From contig OZ024743.1 of the NCBI GenBank assembly GCA_964016885.1, forward strand, positions 133,796,001-133,860,000: a DNA stretch of 64,000 nucleotides, written 5' to 3'. Within the stretch, counting starts at the first letter, position 1. Each line of letters starts with the position of its first letter. Below, piece after piece: positions 48,946 through 61,500 of this stretch. Origin of the DNA: Eledone cirrhosa. Its lineage: Eukaryota. Under the pieces are notes generated by a model, which was not told the origin of the DNA, did no database searches, and saw nothing but the letters and a program-made list of their open reading frames with translations. Both the position numbers and the translations under genes were made by a program.

Positions 48946-51900
48946 TTGTTGCTTGGTACTTGGTGCATGGTGTTTGGTGCTGGGTGCTTGGTGTTTGGTG
49001 CTTGGTGTTTGGTGCTTGGTGCTTGGTGTTTGGTGTTTGGTGTTTGATGCTTGGTGTTTTATGCTTGGTGCTTGGTGTTTGGTGCTTGGTGTTTGTACTC
49101 GGTGCTTGGTGCTTGGTGTTTTGTGCTTGGTTCTTGGGGTTTGGTGTTTGGTGTTTGGTGCTTGTTGCTTGGTGCTTAGTGCTTGGTGTTTGGTGCTTGG
49201 TGCTTGGTGTTTGGTGCTGGCTGCTTGGTGTTTGGTGCTTGGTGCTTGGTGTTTGGTGTTTGGTGCTTGGTGCTTGGTGTTTGGTGTTTGGTGTTATATG
49301 CTTGGTGTTTGGTGCTTGGTGCTTGGTGTTTGGTGTTTGGTTCTTGATGCTTGGTATTTGGTGCTTGGTGCTTGCTGCTTGGTGTTTGGTGCTTGGTGAT
49401 TGATGCTTGGTGTTTGGTGCTTGGTGCTTGGTGTTTGGTTTTTGGTGCTAGGTGCTTGGTGCTTGGTGTTTGGTGCTTGGTGTTTGGTGTTTGGTGCTTG
49501 GTGCTTGGTGTTTGGTACTTGGTGCTTGGTGCTTGGTGTTTGTTGCTTGGTGCTTGGTGTTTGGTGTTTGGTGTTTGGTGCTTGGTGCTTGGTGTTTGGT
49601 GCTTGGTGCTTGGTGCTGGGTGGTTGGTGTTTGGTGCTTGGTGCTTGGTGTTTCGTGCTAGGTGCATGGTGCTTGGTGTTTGGTGCTTGGTGCTTGGTGC
49701 TTGGTCTTTGGTGTTTGGTGTTTAGTGCTTGGTGCTTGGTGCTTGGTGCTTGGTCCTTGGTTTTTGGTGCTTGGTGCTTGGTGTTTGGTGTTTGGTGCTT
49801 GGTGCTTGGTGCTTCGTGTTTGGTGTTTGGTGCTTGGTGTCTGGAGCTTGGTGTTTGGTGTTTGGTGCTTGGTGTTTGGTGTTTGGTGCTTGGTGCTTGG
49901 TGTTTGGTGCTTGGTGCTTGGTGTTTGTACTTGGTGCTTGGTGCTTGGTGTTTGGTGCTTGGTTGTTGGTGTTTGGTGCTTGGTGTTTGGAGCTTGGTGC
50001 TTGGTGTTTGGTGCTTGGTGCTTGGTGTTTGTACTTGGTGCTTGGTGCTTGGTGTTTGGTGCTTGGTTCTTGGTGTTTGGTGCTTGGTGTTTGGAGCTTG
50101 GTGCTTGGTGTTTGGTGCTTGGTGCTTGGTGTTTGGTGTTTGGTGCTTGGTGCTTGGTGTTTGGTGTTTGGTGCTTGGTGTTTGGTGTTTGGTGCTTGGT
50201 GCTTGGTGTTTGTTGCTTGGTACTTGGTGCATGGTGTTTGGTGCTGGGTGCTTGGTGTTTGGTGCTTGGTGTTTGGTGCTTGGTGCTTGGTGTTTGGTGT
50301 TTGGTGTTTGATGCTTGGTGTTTTATGCTTGGTGCTTGGTGTTTGGTGCTTGGTGTTTGTACTTGGTGCTTGGTGCTTGGTGTTTTGTGCTTGGTTCTTG
50401 GTGTTTGGTGTTTGGTGCTTGGTACTTGGTGCTTGGTGTTAGGTGTTTGGTGCTTGGTGCTTGGTGTTTGGTGTTCGGTCCTTGGTGCTTGGTGCTTGGT
50501 GTTTAGTGCTTGGTGCTTGGTGTTTGTTGTTTGGTGCTTTCTGTTTGCTGCTTGGTGTTTGCTGCTTGGTGCTTGGTGCTTGGTGTTTGGTGTTTGGTGC
50601 TAGGTGCTTGGTGTTTGGTGTTTGGTGTTTGATGCTTGGTGTTTGGTGCTTGGTGTTTGGTGCTTGGTGCTTGGGGCTTGGTGTTTGGTGCTTGGTGCTT
50701 GGTGCTTGGTGTTTGGTGCTTGGTGCTTGGTGTTTGGTGTTTGGTGTTTGGTGCTTGGTGCTTGGTGTTTGGTGCTTGGTGCTTGGTGCTGGGTGGTTGG
50801 TATTTGGTGATTGGTGCTTGGTGCTTGGTGTTTGGTGCTTGGTGCTTGGTGCTTGGTCTTTGGTGCTTGGTGTTTGGTGTTTGGTGCTTGGTGCTTTGTG
50901 TTTGGTGCTTGGTGATTAGTGTTTGGTGCTTGGTACTTGGTGTTTGTTGCTTGGTACTTGGTGCATGGTGTTTGGTGCTGGGTGCTTGGTGTTTGGTGCT
51001 TGGTGTTTGGTGCTTGGTGCTTGGTGTTTGGTGTTTGGTGTTTGATGCTTGGTGTTTTATGCGTGGTGCTTGGTGTTTGGTGCTTGGTGTTTGTACTCGG
51101 TGCTTGGTGCTTGGTGTTTTGTGCTTGGTTCTTGGGGTTTGGTGTTTGGTGTTTGGTGTTTGGTGCTTGTTGCTTGGTGCTTGGTGCTTGGTGTTTGGTG
51201 CTTGGTGCTTGGTGTTTGGTGCTGGGTGCTTGGTGTTTGGTGCTTGGTGCTTGGTGTTTGGTGTTTGGTGCTTGGTGCTTGGTGTTTGGTGTTTGGTGTT
51301 ATATGCTTGGTGTTTGGTGCTTGGTGCTTGGTGTTTGGTGTTTGGTTCTTGATGCTTGGTATTTGGTGCTTGGTGCTTGCTGCTTGGTGTTTGGTGCTTG
51401 GTGATTGATGCTTGGTGTTTGGTGCTTGGTGCTTGGTGTTTGGTTTTTGGTGCTAGGTGCTTGGTGCTTGGTGTTTGTTGCTTGGTGTTTGGTGTTTGGT
51501 GCTTGGTGCTTGGTGTTTGGTACTTGGTGCTTGGTGCTTGGTGTTTGTTGCTTGGTGCTTGGTGTTTGGTGTTTGGTGTTTGGTGCTTTGTGCTTGGTGT
51601 TTGGTGCTTGGTGCTTGGTGCTGGGTGGTTGGTGTTTGGTGCTTGGTGCTTGGTGTTTCGTGCTAGGTGCATGGTGCTTGGTGTTTGGTGCTTGGTGCTT
51701 GGTGCTTGGTCTTTGGTGTTTGGTGTTTAGTGCTTGGTGCTTGGTGCTTGGTGCTTGGTCCTTGGTTTTTGGTGCTTGGTGCTTGGTGTTTGGTGTTTGG
51801 TGCTTGGTGCTTGGTGCTTCGTGTTTGGTGTTTGGTGCTTGGTGTCTGGAGCTTGGTGTTTGGTGTTTGGTGCTTGGTGTTTGGTGTTTGGTGCTTGGTG

Positions 51901-54900
51901 CTTGGTGTTTGGTGCTTGGTGCTTGGTGTTTGTACTTGGTGCTTGGTGCTTGGTGTTTGGTGCTTGGTTGTTGGTGTTTGGTGCTTGGTGTTTGGAGCTT
52001 GGTGCTTGGTGTTTGGTGCTTGGTGCATGGTGTTTGTACTTGGTGCTTGGTGCTTGGTGTTTGGTGCTTGGTTCTTGGTGTTTGGTGCTTGGTGTTTGGA
52101 GCTTGGTGCTTGGTGTTTGGTGCTTGGTGCTTGGTGTTTGGTGTTTGGTGCTTGGTGCTTGGTGTTTGGTGTTTGGTGCTTGGTGTTTGGTGTTTGGTGC
52201 TTGGTGCTTGGTGTTTGTTGCTTGGTACTTGGTGCATGGTGTTTGGTGCTGGGTGCTTGGTGTTTGGTGCTTGGTGTTTGGTGCTTGGTGCTTGGTGTTT
52301 GGTGTTTGGTGTTTGATGCTTGGTGTTTTATGCTTGGTGCTTGGTGTTTGGTGCTTGGTGTTTGTACTTGGTGCTTGGTGCTTGGTGTTTTGTGCTTGGT
52401 TCTTGGTGTTTGGTGTTTGGTGCTTGGTACTTGGTGCTTGGTGTTAGGTGTTTGGTGCTTGGTGCTTGGTGTTTGGTGTTCGGTCCTTGGTGCTTGGTGC
52501 TTGGTGTTTAGTGCTTGGTGCTTGGTGTTTGTTGTTTGGTGCTTTCTGTTTGCTGCTTGGTGTTTGCTGCTTGGTGCTTGGTGCTTGGTGTTTGGTGTTT
52601 GGTGCTAGGTGCTTGGTGTTTGGTGTTTGGTGTTTGATGCTTGGTGTTTGGTGCTTGGTGTTTGGTGCTTGGTGCTTGGGGCTTGGTGTTTGGTGCTTGG
52701 TGCTTGGTGCTTGGTGTTTGGTGCTTGGTGCTTGGTGTTTGGTGTTTGGTGTTTGGTGCTTGGTGCTTGGTGTTTGGTGCTTGGTGCTTGGTGCTGGGTG
52801 GTTGGTATTTGGTGATTGGTGCTTGGTGCTTGGTGTTTGGTGCTTGGTGCTTGGTGCTTGGTCTTTGGTGCTTGGTGTTTGGTGTTTGGTGCTTGGTGCT
52901 TTGTGTTTGGTGCTTGGTGATTAGTGTTTGGTGCTTGGTACTTGGTGTTTGTTGCTTGGTACTTGGTGCATGGTGTTTGGTGCTGGGTGCTTGGTGTTTG
53001 GTGCTTGGTGTTTGGTGCTTGGTGCTTGGTGTTTGGTGTTTGGTGTTTGATGCTTGGTGTTTTATGCTTGGTGCTTGGTGTTTGGTGCTTGGTGTTTGTA
53101 CTCGGTGCTTGGTGCTTGGTGTTTTGTGCTTGGTTCTTGGGGTTTGGTGTTTGGTGTTTGGTGTTTGGTGCTTGTTGCTTGGTGCTTGGTGCTTGGTGTT
53201 TGGTGCTTGGTGCTTGGTGTTTGGTGCTGGGTGCTTGGTGTTTGGTGCTTGGTGCTTGGTGTTTGGTGTTTGGTGCTTGGTGCTTGGTGTTTGGTGTTTG
53301 GTGTTATATGCTTGGTGTTTGGTGCTTGGTGCTTGGTGTTTGGTGTTTGGTTCTTGATGCTTGGTATTTGGTGCTTGGTGCTTGCTGCTTGGTGTTTGGT
53401 GCTTGGTGATTGATGCTTGGTGTTTGGTGCTTGGTGCTTGGTGTTTGGTTTTTGGTGCTAGGTGCTTGGTGCTTGGTGTTTGGTGCTTGGTGTTTGGTGT
53501 TTGGTGCTTGGTGCTTGGTGTTTGGTACTTGGTGCTTGGTGCTTGGTGTTTGTTGCTTGGTGCTTGGTGTTTGGTGTTTGGTGTTTGGTGCTTGGTGCTT
53601 GGTGTTTGGTGCTTGGTGCTTGGTGCTGGGTGGTTGGTGTTTGGTGCTTGGTGCTTGGTGTTTCGTGCTAGGTGCATGGTGCTTGGTGTTTGGTGCTTGG
53701 TGCTTGGTGCTTGGTCTTTGGTGTTTGGTGTTTAGTGCTTGGTGCTTGGTGCTTGGTGCTTGGTCCTTGGTTTTTGGTGCTTGGTGCTTGGTGTTTGGTG
53801 TTTGGTGCTTGGTGCTTGGTGCTTCGTGTTTGGTGTTTGGTGCTTGGTGTCTGGAGCTTGGTGTTTGGTGTTTGGTGCTTGGTGTTTGGTGTTTGGTGCT
53901 TGGTGCTTGGTGTTTGGTGCTTGGTGCTTGGTGTTTGTACTTGGTGCTTGGTGCTTGGTGTTTGGTGCTTGGTTGTTGGTGTTTGGTGCTTGGTGTTTGG
54001 AGCTTGGTGCTTGGTGTTTGGTGCTTGGTGCTTGGTGTTTGTACTTGGTGCTTGGTGCTTGGTGTTTGGTGCTTGGTTCTTGGTGTTTGGTGCTTGGTGT
54101 TTGGAGCTTGGTGCTTGGTGTTTGGTGCTTGGTGCTTGGTGTTTGGTGTTTGGTGCTTGGTGCTTGGTGTTTGGTGTTTGGTGCTTGGTGTTTGGTGTTT
54201 GGTGCTTGGTGCTTGGTGTTTGTTGCTTGGTACTTGGTGCATGGTGTTTGGTGCTGGGTGCTTGGTGTTTGGTGCTTGGTGTTTGGTGCTTGGTGCTTGG
54301 TGTTTGGTGTTTGGTGTTTGATGCTTGGTGTTTTATGCTTGGTTCTTGGTGTTTGGTGCTTGGTGTTTGTACTTGGTGCTTGGTGCTTGGTGTTTTGTGC
54401 TTGGTTCTTGGTGTTTGGTGTTTGGTGCTTGGTACTTGGTGCTTGGTGTTAGGTGTTTGGTGCTTGGTGCTTGGTGTTTGGTGTTCGGTCCTTGGTGCTT
54501 GGTGCTTGGTGTTTAGTGCTTGGTGCTTGGTGTTTGTTGTTTGGTGCTTTCTGTTTGCTGCTTGGTGTTTGCTGCTTGGTGCTTGGTGCTTGGTGTTTGG
54601 TGTTTGGTGCTAGGTGCTTGGTGTTTGGTGTTTGGTGTTTGATGCTTGGTGTTTGGTGCTTGGTGTTTGGTGCTTGGTGCTTGGGGCTTGGTGTTTGGTG
54701 CTTGGTGCTTGGTGTTTGGTGTTTGGTGCTTGGTGCTTGGTGTTTGGTGTTTGGTGTTTGGTGCTTGGTGCTTGGTGTTTGGTGCTTGGTGCTTGGTGCT
54801 GGGTGGTTGGTATTTGGTGATTGGTGCTTGGTGCTTGGTGTTTGGTGCTTGGTGCTTGGTGCTTGGTCTTTGGTGCTTGGTGTTTGGTGTTTGGTGCTTG

Positions 54901-54941
54901 GTGCTTTGTGTTTGGTGCTTGGTGATTAGTGTTTGGTGCTT
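48946..54941 (+). repeat. Three tandem 2005-bp units inside the second 12,536-bp copy; boundaries approximate
   Basis: ORFs at 49400/51405/53410 and 50315/52320/54325. Confidence 0.95.
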
Positions 54942-55799
54942 GGTACTTGGTGTTTGGTGCTTGGTGTTTGGTGTTTGCTGTTTGGTGTTTGGTGTTTGGT
55001 GTTTGCTGTTTGGTGTCTGCTTTTTGGTGTTTGGTGTTTGCTGTATGGTGTTTGCTGTTTCGTGTTTGGTGTTTGCTGTTTGGTGTTTGGTGTTTGCTGT
55101 TTGGTGTTTGGTCTTTGGTGCTTGGTCTTTGGTGCTTGGTGCTTGGTGTTTGGTGTTTGGTGCTTGGTGCTTGGTGCTTGGTGTTTGGTGCTTGGTGTCT
55201 GGTGTTTGGTGTCTGGTGCTTGGTGTTTGGTGTTTGGTGTTTGGTGCTTGGTGTTTGGTGTTTGGTGTTTGGTGTTTGGTGCTTGTTGCTTGGTGCTTGG
55301 TGCTTGGTGTTTGGTGCTTGGTGCTTGGTGTTTGGTGTTCGGTCCTTGGTGCTTGGTGCTTGGTGTTTAGTGCTTGGTGCTTGGTGTTTGTTGTTTGGTG
55401 CTTTCTGTTTGCTGCTTGGTGTTTGCTGCTTGGTGCTTGGTGCTTGGTGTTTGGTGTTTGGTGCTAGGTGCTTGGTGTTTGGTGTTTGGTGTTTGATGCT
55501 TGGTGTTTGGTGCTTGGTGTTTGGTGCTTGGTGCTTGGGGCTTGGTGTTTGGTGCTTGGTGCTTGGTGCTTGGTGTTTGGTGCTTGGTGCTTGGTGTTTG
55601 GTGTTTGGTGTTTGGTGCTTGGTGCTTGGTGTTTGGTGCTTGGTGCTTGGTGCTGGGTGGTTGGTATTTGGTGATTGGTGCTTGGTGCTTGGTGTTTGGT
55701 GCTTGGTGCTTGGTGCTTGGTCTTTGGTGCTTGGTGTTTGGTGTTTGGTGCTTGGTGCTTTGTGTTTGGTGCTTGGTGATTAGTGTTTGGTGCTTGGTA

Positions 55800-57750
55800 C
55801 TTGGTGTTTGTTGCTTGGTACTTGGTGCATGGTGTTTGGTGCTGGGTGCTTGGTGTTTGGTGCTTGGTGTTTGGTGCTTGGTGCTTGGTGTTTGGTGTTT
55901 GGTGTTTGATGCTTGGTGTTTTATGCTTGGTGCTTGGTGTTTGGTGCTTGGTGTTTGTACTCGGTGCTTGGTGCTTGGTGTTTTGTGCTTGGTTCTTGGG
56001 GTTTGGTGTTTGGTGTTTGGTGTTTGGTGCTTGTTGCTTGGTGCTTGGTGCTTGGTGTTTGGTGCTTGGTGCTTGGTGTTTGGTGCTGGGTGCTTGGTGT
56101 TTGGTGCTTGGTGCTTGGTGTTTGGTGTTTGGTGCTTGGTGCTTGGTGTTTGGTGTTTGGTTCTTGATGCTTGGTATTTGGTGCTTGGTGCTTGCTGCTT
56201 GGTGTTTGGTGCTTGGTGATTGATGCTTGGTGTTTGGTGCTTGGTGCTTGGTGTTTGGTTTTTGGTGCTAGGTGCTTGGTGCTTGGTGTTTGGTGCTTGG
56301 TGTTTGGTGTTTGGTGCTTGGTGCTTGGTGTTTGGTACTTGGTGCTTGGTGCTTGGTGTTTGTTGCTTGGTGCTTGGTGTTTGGTGTTTGGTGTTTGGTG
56401 CTTGGTGCTTGGTGTTTGGTGCTTGGTGCTTGGTGCTGGGTGGTTGGTGTTTGGTGCTTGGTGCTTGGTGTTTCGTGCTAGGTGCATGGTGCTTGGTGTT
56501 TGGTGCTTGGTGCTTGGTGCTTGGTATTTGGTGTTTGGTGTTTAGTGCTTGGTGCTTGGTGCTTGGTGCTTGGTCCTTGGTTTTTGGTGCTTGGTGCTTG
56601 GTGTTTGGTGTTTGGTGCTTGGTGCTTGGTGCTTCGTGTTTGGTGTTTGGTGCTTGGTGTCTGGAGCTTGGTGTTTGGTGTTTGGTGCTTGGTGTTTGGT
56701 GTTTGGTGCTTGGTGCTTGGTGTTTGGTGCTTGGTGCTTGGTGTTTGTACTTGGTGCTTGGTGCTTGGTGTTTGGTGCTTGGTTGTTGGTGTTTGGTGCT
56801 TGGTGTTTGGAGCTTGGTGCTTGGTGTTTGGTGCTTGGTGCTTGGTGTTTGTACTTGGTGCTTGGTGCTTGGTGTTTGGTGCTTGGTTCTTGGTGTTTGG
56901 TGCTTGGTGTTTGGAGCTTGGTGCTTGGTGTTTGGTGCTTGGTGCTTGGTGTTTGGTGTTTGGTGCTTGGTGCTTGGTGTTTGGTGTTTGGTGCTTGGTG
57001 TTTGGTGTTTGGTGCTTGGTGCTTGGTGTTTGTTGCTTGGTACTTGGTGCATGGTGTTTGGTGCTGGGTGCTTGGTGTTTGGTGCTTGGTGTTTGGTGCT
57101 TGGTGCTTGGTGTTTGGTGTTTGGTGTTTGATGCTTGGTGTTTTATGCTTGGTTCTTGGTGTTTGGTGCTTGGTGTTTGTACTTGGTGCTTGGTGCTTGG
57201 TGTTTTGTGCTTGGTTCTTGGTGTTTGGTGTTTGGTGCTTGGTACTTGGTGCTTGGTGTTAGGTGTTTGGTGCTTGGTGCTTGGTGTTTGGTGTTCGGTC
57301 CTTGGTGCTTGGTGCTTGGTGTTTAGTGCTTGGTGCTTGGTGTTTGTTGTTTGGTGCTTTCTGTTTGCTGCTTGGTGTTTGCTGCTTGGTGCTTGGTGCT
57401 TGGTGTTTGGTGTTTGGTGCTAGGTGCTTGGTGTTTGGTGTTTGGTGTTTGATGCTTGGTGTTTGGTGCTTGGTGTTTGGTGCTTGGTGCTTGGGGCTTG
57501 GTGTTTGGTGCTTGGTGCTTGGTGCTTGGTGTTTGGTGCTTGGTGCTTGGTGTTTGGTGTTTGGTGTTTGGTGCTTGGTGCTTGGTGTTTGGTGCTTGGT
57601 GCTTGGTGCTGGGTGGTTGGTATTTGGTGATTGGTGCTTGGTGCTTGGTGTTTGGTGCTTGGTGCTTGGTACTTGGTCTTTGGTGCTTGGTGTTTGGTGT
57701 TTGGTGCTTGGTGCTTTGTGTTTGGTGCTTGGTGATTAGTGTTTGGTGCT
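55800..57750 (+). repeat. Additional 2005-type unit carrying a 49-bp (7-monomer) deletion
   Basis: Offset to the previous unit changes from 2859 (53054/55913) to 2810 (53361/56171, 54325/57135). The TATATGC marker is missing before ~56160. Confidence 0.85.
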
Positions 57751-58599
57751 TGGTACTTGGTGTTTGGTGCTTGGTGTTTGGTGTTTGCTGTTTGGTGTTT
57801 GGTGTTTGGTGTTTGCTGTTTGGTGTCTGCTTTTTGGTGTTTGGTGTTTGCTGTATGGTGTTTGCTGTTTCGTGTTTGGTGTTTGCTGTTTGGTGTTTGG
57901 TGTTTGCTGTTTGGTGTTTGGTCTTTGGTGCTTGGTCTTTGGTGCTTGGTGCTTGGTGTTTGGTGTTTGGTGCTTGGTGCTTGGTGCTTGGTGTTTGGTG
58001 CTTGGTGTCTGGTGCTTGGTGTCTGGTGCTTGGTGTTTGGTGTTTGGTGTTTGGTGCTTGGTGTTTGGTGTTTGGTGTTTGGTGTTTGGTGCTTGTTGCT
58101 TGGTGCTTGGTGCTTGGTGTTTGGTGCTTGGTGCTTGGTGTTTGGTGCTGGGTGCTTGGTGTTTGGTGCTTGGTGCTTGGTGCTTGGTGTTTGGTGTTTG
58201 GTGTTATATGCTTGGTGTTTGATGCTTGGTGCTTGGTGCTTGTTGTTTGGTGTTTGGTGCTTGGTGTTTTATGCTTGGTGTTTGATGTTTGGTGCTTGGT
58301 GCTTGGTGTTTGGTGCTTGGTGCTTGGTGTTTGTACTTGGTGCTTGGTGCTTGGTTCTTGGTGTTTGGTGCTTGGTGATTGGTGCTTGGTGCTTGGTGTT
58401 TGGTGCTTGGTGTTTGGTGCTTGGTGTTTGGTGCTTGGTGCCTGGTGCTTGGTGCTTGGTGCTTGGTGTTTGGTGCTTGGTGTTTGCTGCTTGGTATTAG
58501 GTGTTTGGTGCTTGGTGCTTGGTGTTTGGTGTTTGGTGCTTGGTGTTTGGTGCTTGGTGTTTGGTGTTTGGTGCTTGGTGTTTGGTGCTTGGTACTTGG

Positions 58600-61500
58600 T
58601 GCTTGGTGCTTGGTGTTTGGTGCTTGGTGCTTGGTGCTGGGTGGTTGGTATTTGGTGCTTGGTGCTTGGTGTTTGGTGCTTGGTGCTTGGTGCTTGGTGT
58701 TTGGTGCTTGGTGCTTGGTGCTTGGTCTTTGGTGCTTGGTGTTTGGTGTTTGGTGCTTGGTGCTTTGTGTTTGGTGCTTGGTGATTAGTGTTTGGTGCTT
58801 GGTACTTGGTGTTTGGTGCTTGGTGTTTGGTGTTTGCTGTTTGGTGTTTGGTGTTTGGTGTTTGCTGTTTGGTGTCTGCTTTTTGGTGTTTGGTGTTTGC
58901 TGTATGGTGTTTGCTGTTTCGTGTTTGGTGTTTGCTGTTTGGTGTTTGGTGTTTGCTGTTTGGTGTTTGGTCTTTGGTGCTTGGTGTTTGGTGCTTGGTG
59001 CTTGGTGTTTGGTGTTTGGTGCTTGGTGTTTGGTGTTTGGTGCTTGGTGCTTGGTGCTTGGTGTTTGGTGCTTGGTGTCTGGTGCTTGGTGTCTGGTGCT
59101 TGGTGTTTGGTGTTTGGTGTTTGGTGCTTGGTGTTTGGTGTTTGGTGCTTCTTGCTTGGTGCTTGGTGCTTGGTGTTTGGTGCTTGGTACTTGGTGTTTG
59201 GTGCTGGGTGCTTGGTGTTTGGTGCTTGGTGCTTGGTGTTTGGTGTTTGGTGCTTGGTGCTTGGTGTTTGGTGTTTGGTGTTATATGCTTGGTGTTTCGT
59301 GCTAGGTGCATGGTGCTTGGTGTTTGGTGCTTGGTGCTTGGTGCTTGGTCTTTGGTGTTTGGTGTTTAGTGCTTGGTGCTTGGTGCTTGGTGCTTGGTGC
59401 TTGGTGCTTGGTCCTTGGTGTTTGGTGCTTGGTGCTTGGTGTTTGGTGTTTGGTGCTTGGTGCTTGGTGCTTCGTGTTTGGTGTTTGGTGCTTGGTGTCT
59501 GGAGCTTGGTGTTTGGTGTTTGGTTCTTGGTGTTTGGTGTTTGGTGCTTGGTGCTTGGTGTTTGGTGCTTGGTGCTTGGTGTTTGTACTTGGTGCTTGGT
59601 GCTTGGTGTTTGGTGCTTGGTTCTTGGTGTTTGGTGCTTGGTGTTTGGAGCTTGGTGCTTGGTGTTTGGTGCTTGGTGCTTGGTGTTTGTACTTGGTGCT
59701 TGGTGCTTGGTGTTTGGTGCTTGGTTCTTGGTGTTTGGTGCTTGGTGTTTGGAGCTTGGTGCTTGGTGTTTGGTGCTTGGTGCTTGGTGTTTGGTGTTTG
59801 GTGCTTGGTGCTTGGTGTTTGGTGTTTGGTGCTTGGTGTTTGGTGTTTGGTGTTTGGTGCTTGGTGCTTGGTGTTTGTTGCTTGGTACTTGGTGCATGGT
59901 GTTTGGTGTTGGGTGCTTGGTGTTTTGTGCTTGGTTCTTGGTGTTTGGTGTTTGGTGCTTGGTACTTGGTGTCTGGAGCTTGGTGTTTGGTGTTTGGTGC
60001 TTGGTGTTTGGTGCTTGGTGCTTGGTGTTTGGTGTTTGGTGTTTGATGCTTGGTGTTTTATGCTTGGTTCTTGGTGTTTGGTGTTTGGTGCTTGGTACTT
60101 GGTGCTTGGTGTTTGGTGCTTGGTGCTTGGTGTTTGGTGTTTGGTGCCTGGTGCTTGGTGTTTGGTGTTTGGTGCTTGGTGTTTGGTGTTTGGTGCTTGG
60201 TGCTTGGTGTTTGTTGCTTGGTACTTGGTGCATGGTGTTTGGTGCTGGGTGCTTGGTGTTTGGTGCTTGGTGTTTGGTGCTTGGTGCTTGGTGTTTGGTG
60301 TTTGGTGTTTGACGCTTGGTGTTTTATGCTTGGTGCTTGGTGTTTGGTGCTTGGTGTTTGTACTTGGTGCTTGGTGCTTGGTGTTTTGTGCTTGGTTCTT
60401 GGGGTTTGGTGTTTGGTGCTTGGTACTTGGTGCTTGGTGTTAGGTGTTTGGTGCTTGGTGCTTGGTGTTTGGTGTTTGGTCCTTGGTGCTTGGTGCTTGG
60501 TGTTTAGTGCTTGGTGCTTGGTGTTTGTTGTTTGGTGCTTTCTGTTTGCTGCTTGGTGTTTGCTGCTTGGTGCTTGGTGCTTGGTGTTTGGTGTTTGGTG
60601 CTAGGTGCTTGGTGTTTGGTGTTTGGTGTTTGATGCTTGGTGTTTGGTGCTTGGTGTTTGGTGCTTGGTGCTTGGGGCTTGGTGTTTGGTGCTTGGTGCT
60701 TGGTGCTTGGTGTTTGTTGCTTGGTGCTTGGTGTTTGGTGTTTGGTGTTTGGTGCTTGGTGCTTGGTGTTTGGTGCTTGGTGCTTGGTGCTGGGTGGTTG
60801 GTATTTGGTGCTTGGTGCTTGGTGTTTGGTGCTTGGTGCTTGGTGCTTGGTGTTTGGTGCTTGGTGCTTGGTGCTTGGTCTTTGGTGCTTGGTGTTTGGT
60901 GTTTGGTGCTTGGTGCTTTGTGTTTGGTGCTTGGTGATTAGTGTTTGGTGCTTGGTACTTGGTGTTTGGTGCTTGGTGTTTGGTGTTTGCTGTTTGGTGT
61001 TTGGTGTTTGGTGTTTGATGTTTGGTGTCTGCTTTTTGGTGTTTGGTGTTTGCTGTATGTTATTTGCTGTTTGGTGTTTGGTGTTTGGTGTTTGGTGCTT
61101 GGTGCTTGGTGTTTGGTGCTTGGTGCTTGGTGTTTGGTGCCTGGTGCTTGGGGCTTGCTGTTTGGTGTTTGGTGCTTGGTGCTTGGAGTTTGGTGTTTGG
61201 TGCTTGGTGCTTGGTGTTTTGTGTTTGGTGTTTGGTTTTTGGTGCTTGGTGCTTGGTGCTTGGTGCTTGGTCCTTGGTGTTTGGTGCTTGGTGCTTGGTG
61301 TTTGTACTTGGTGCTTGGTGCTTGGTGTTTGGTTCTGGGTTCCTGGTGTTTGGTACTTGGTGCTTGGTGCTTGGTGTTTGGTGCTTGGTGCTATGTGTTT
61401 GGTGTTTGGTGTTTGGTGCTTGGTGCTTGGTGTTTGGTGCTTGGTGCTTGGTGCTGGGTGGTTGGTATTTGGTGCTTGGTGCTTGGTGTTTGGTGCTTGG

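Larger units (their letters stand above)
31127..56218 (+). repeat. Large tandem duplication, period 12,536 bp (31127-43682 and 43663-56218)
   Basis: Dozens of ORFs repeat at exactly +12,536 (31428/43964, 33937/46473, 36864/49400, 42932/55468). Private markers TTTCCTG (31161/43697), TTGACGC, CTGATTTT, TGGCGC and TGCGTGG occur in both copies. Confidence 0.97.
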
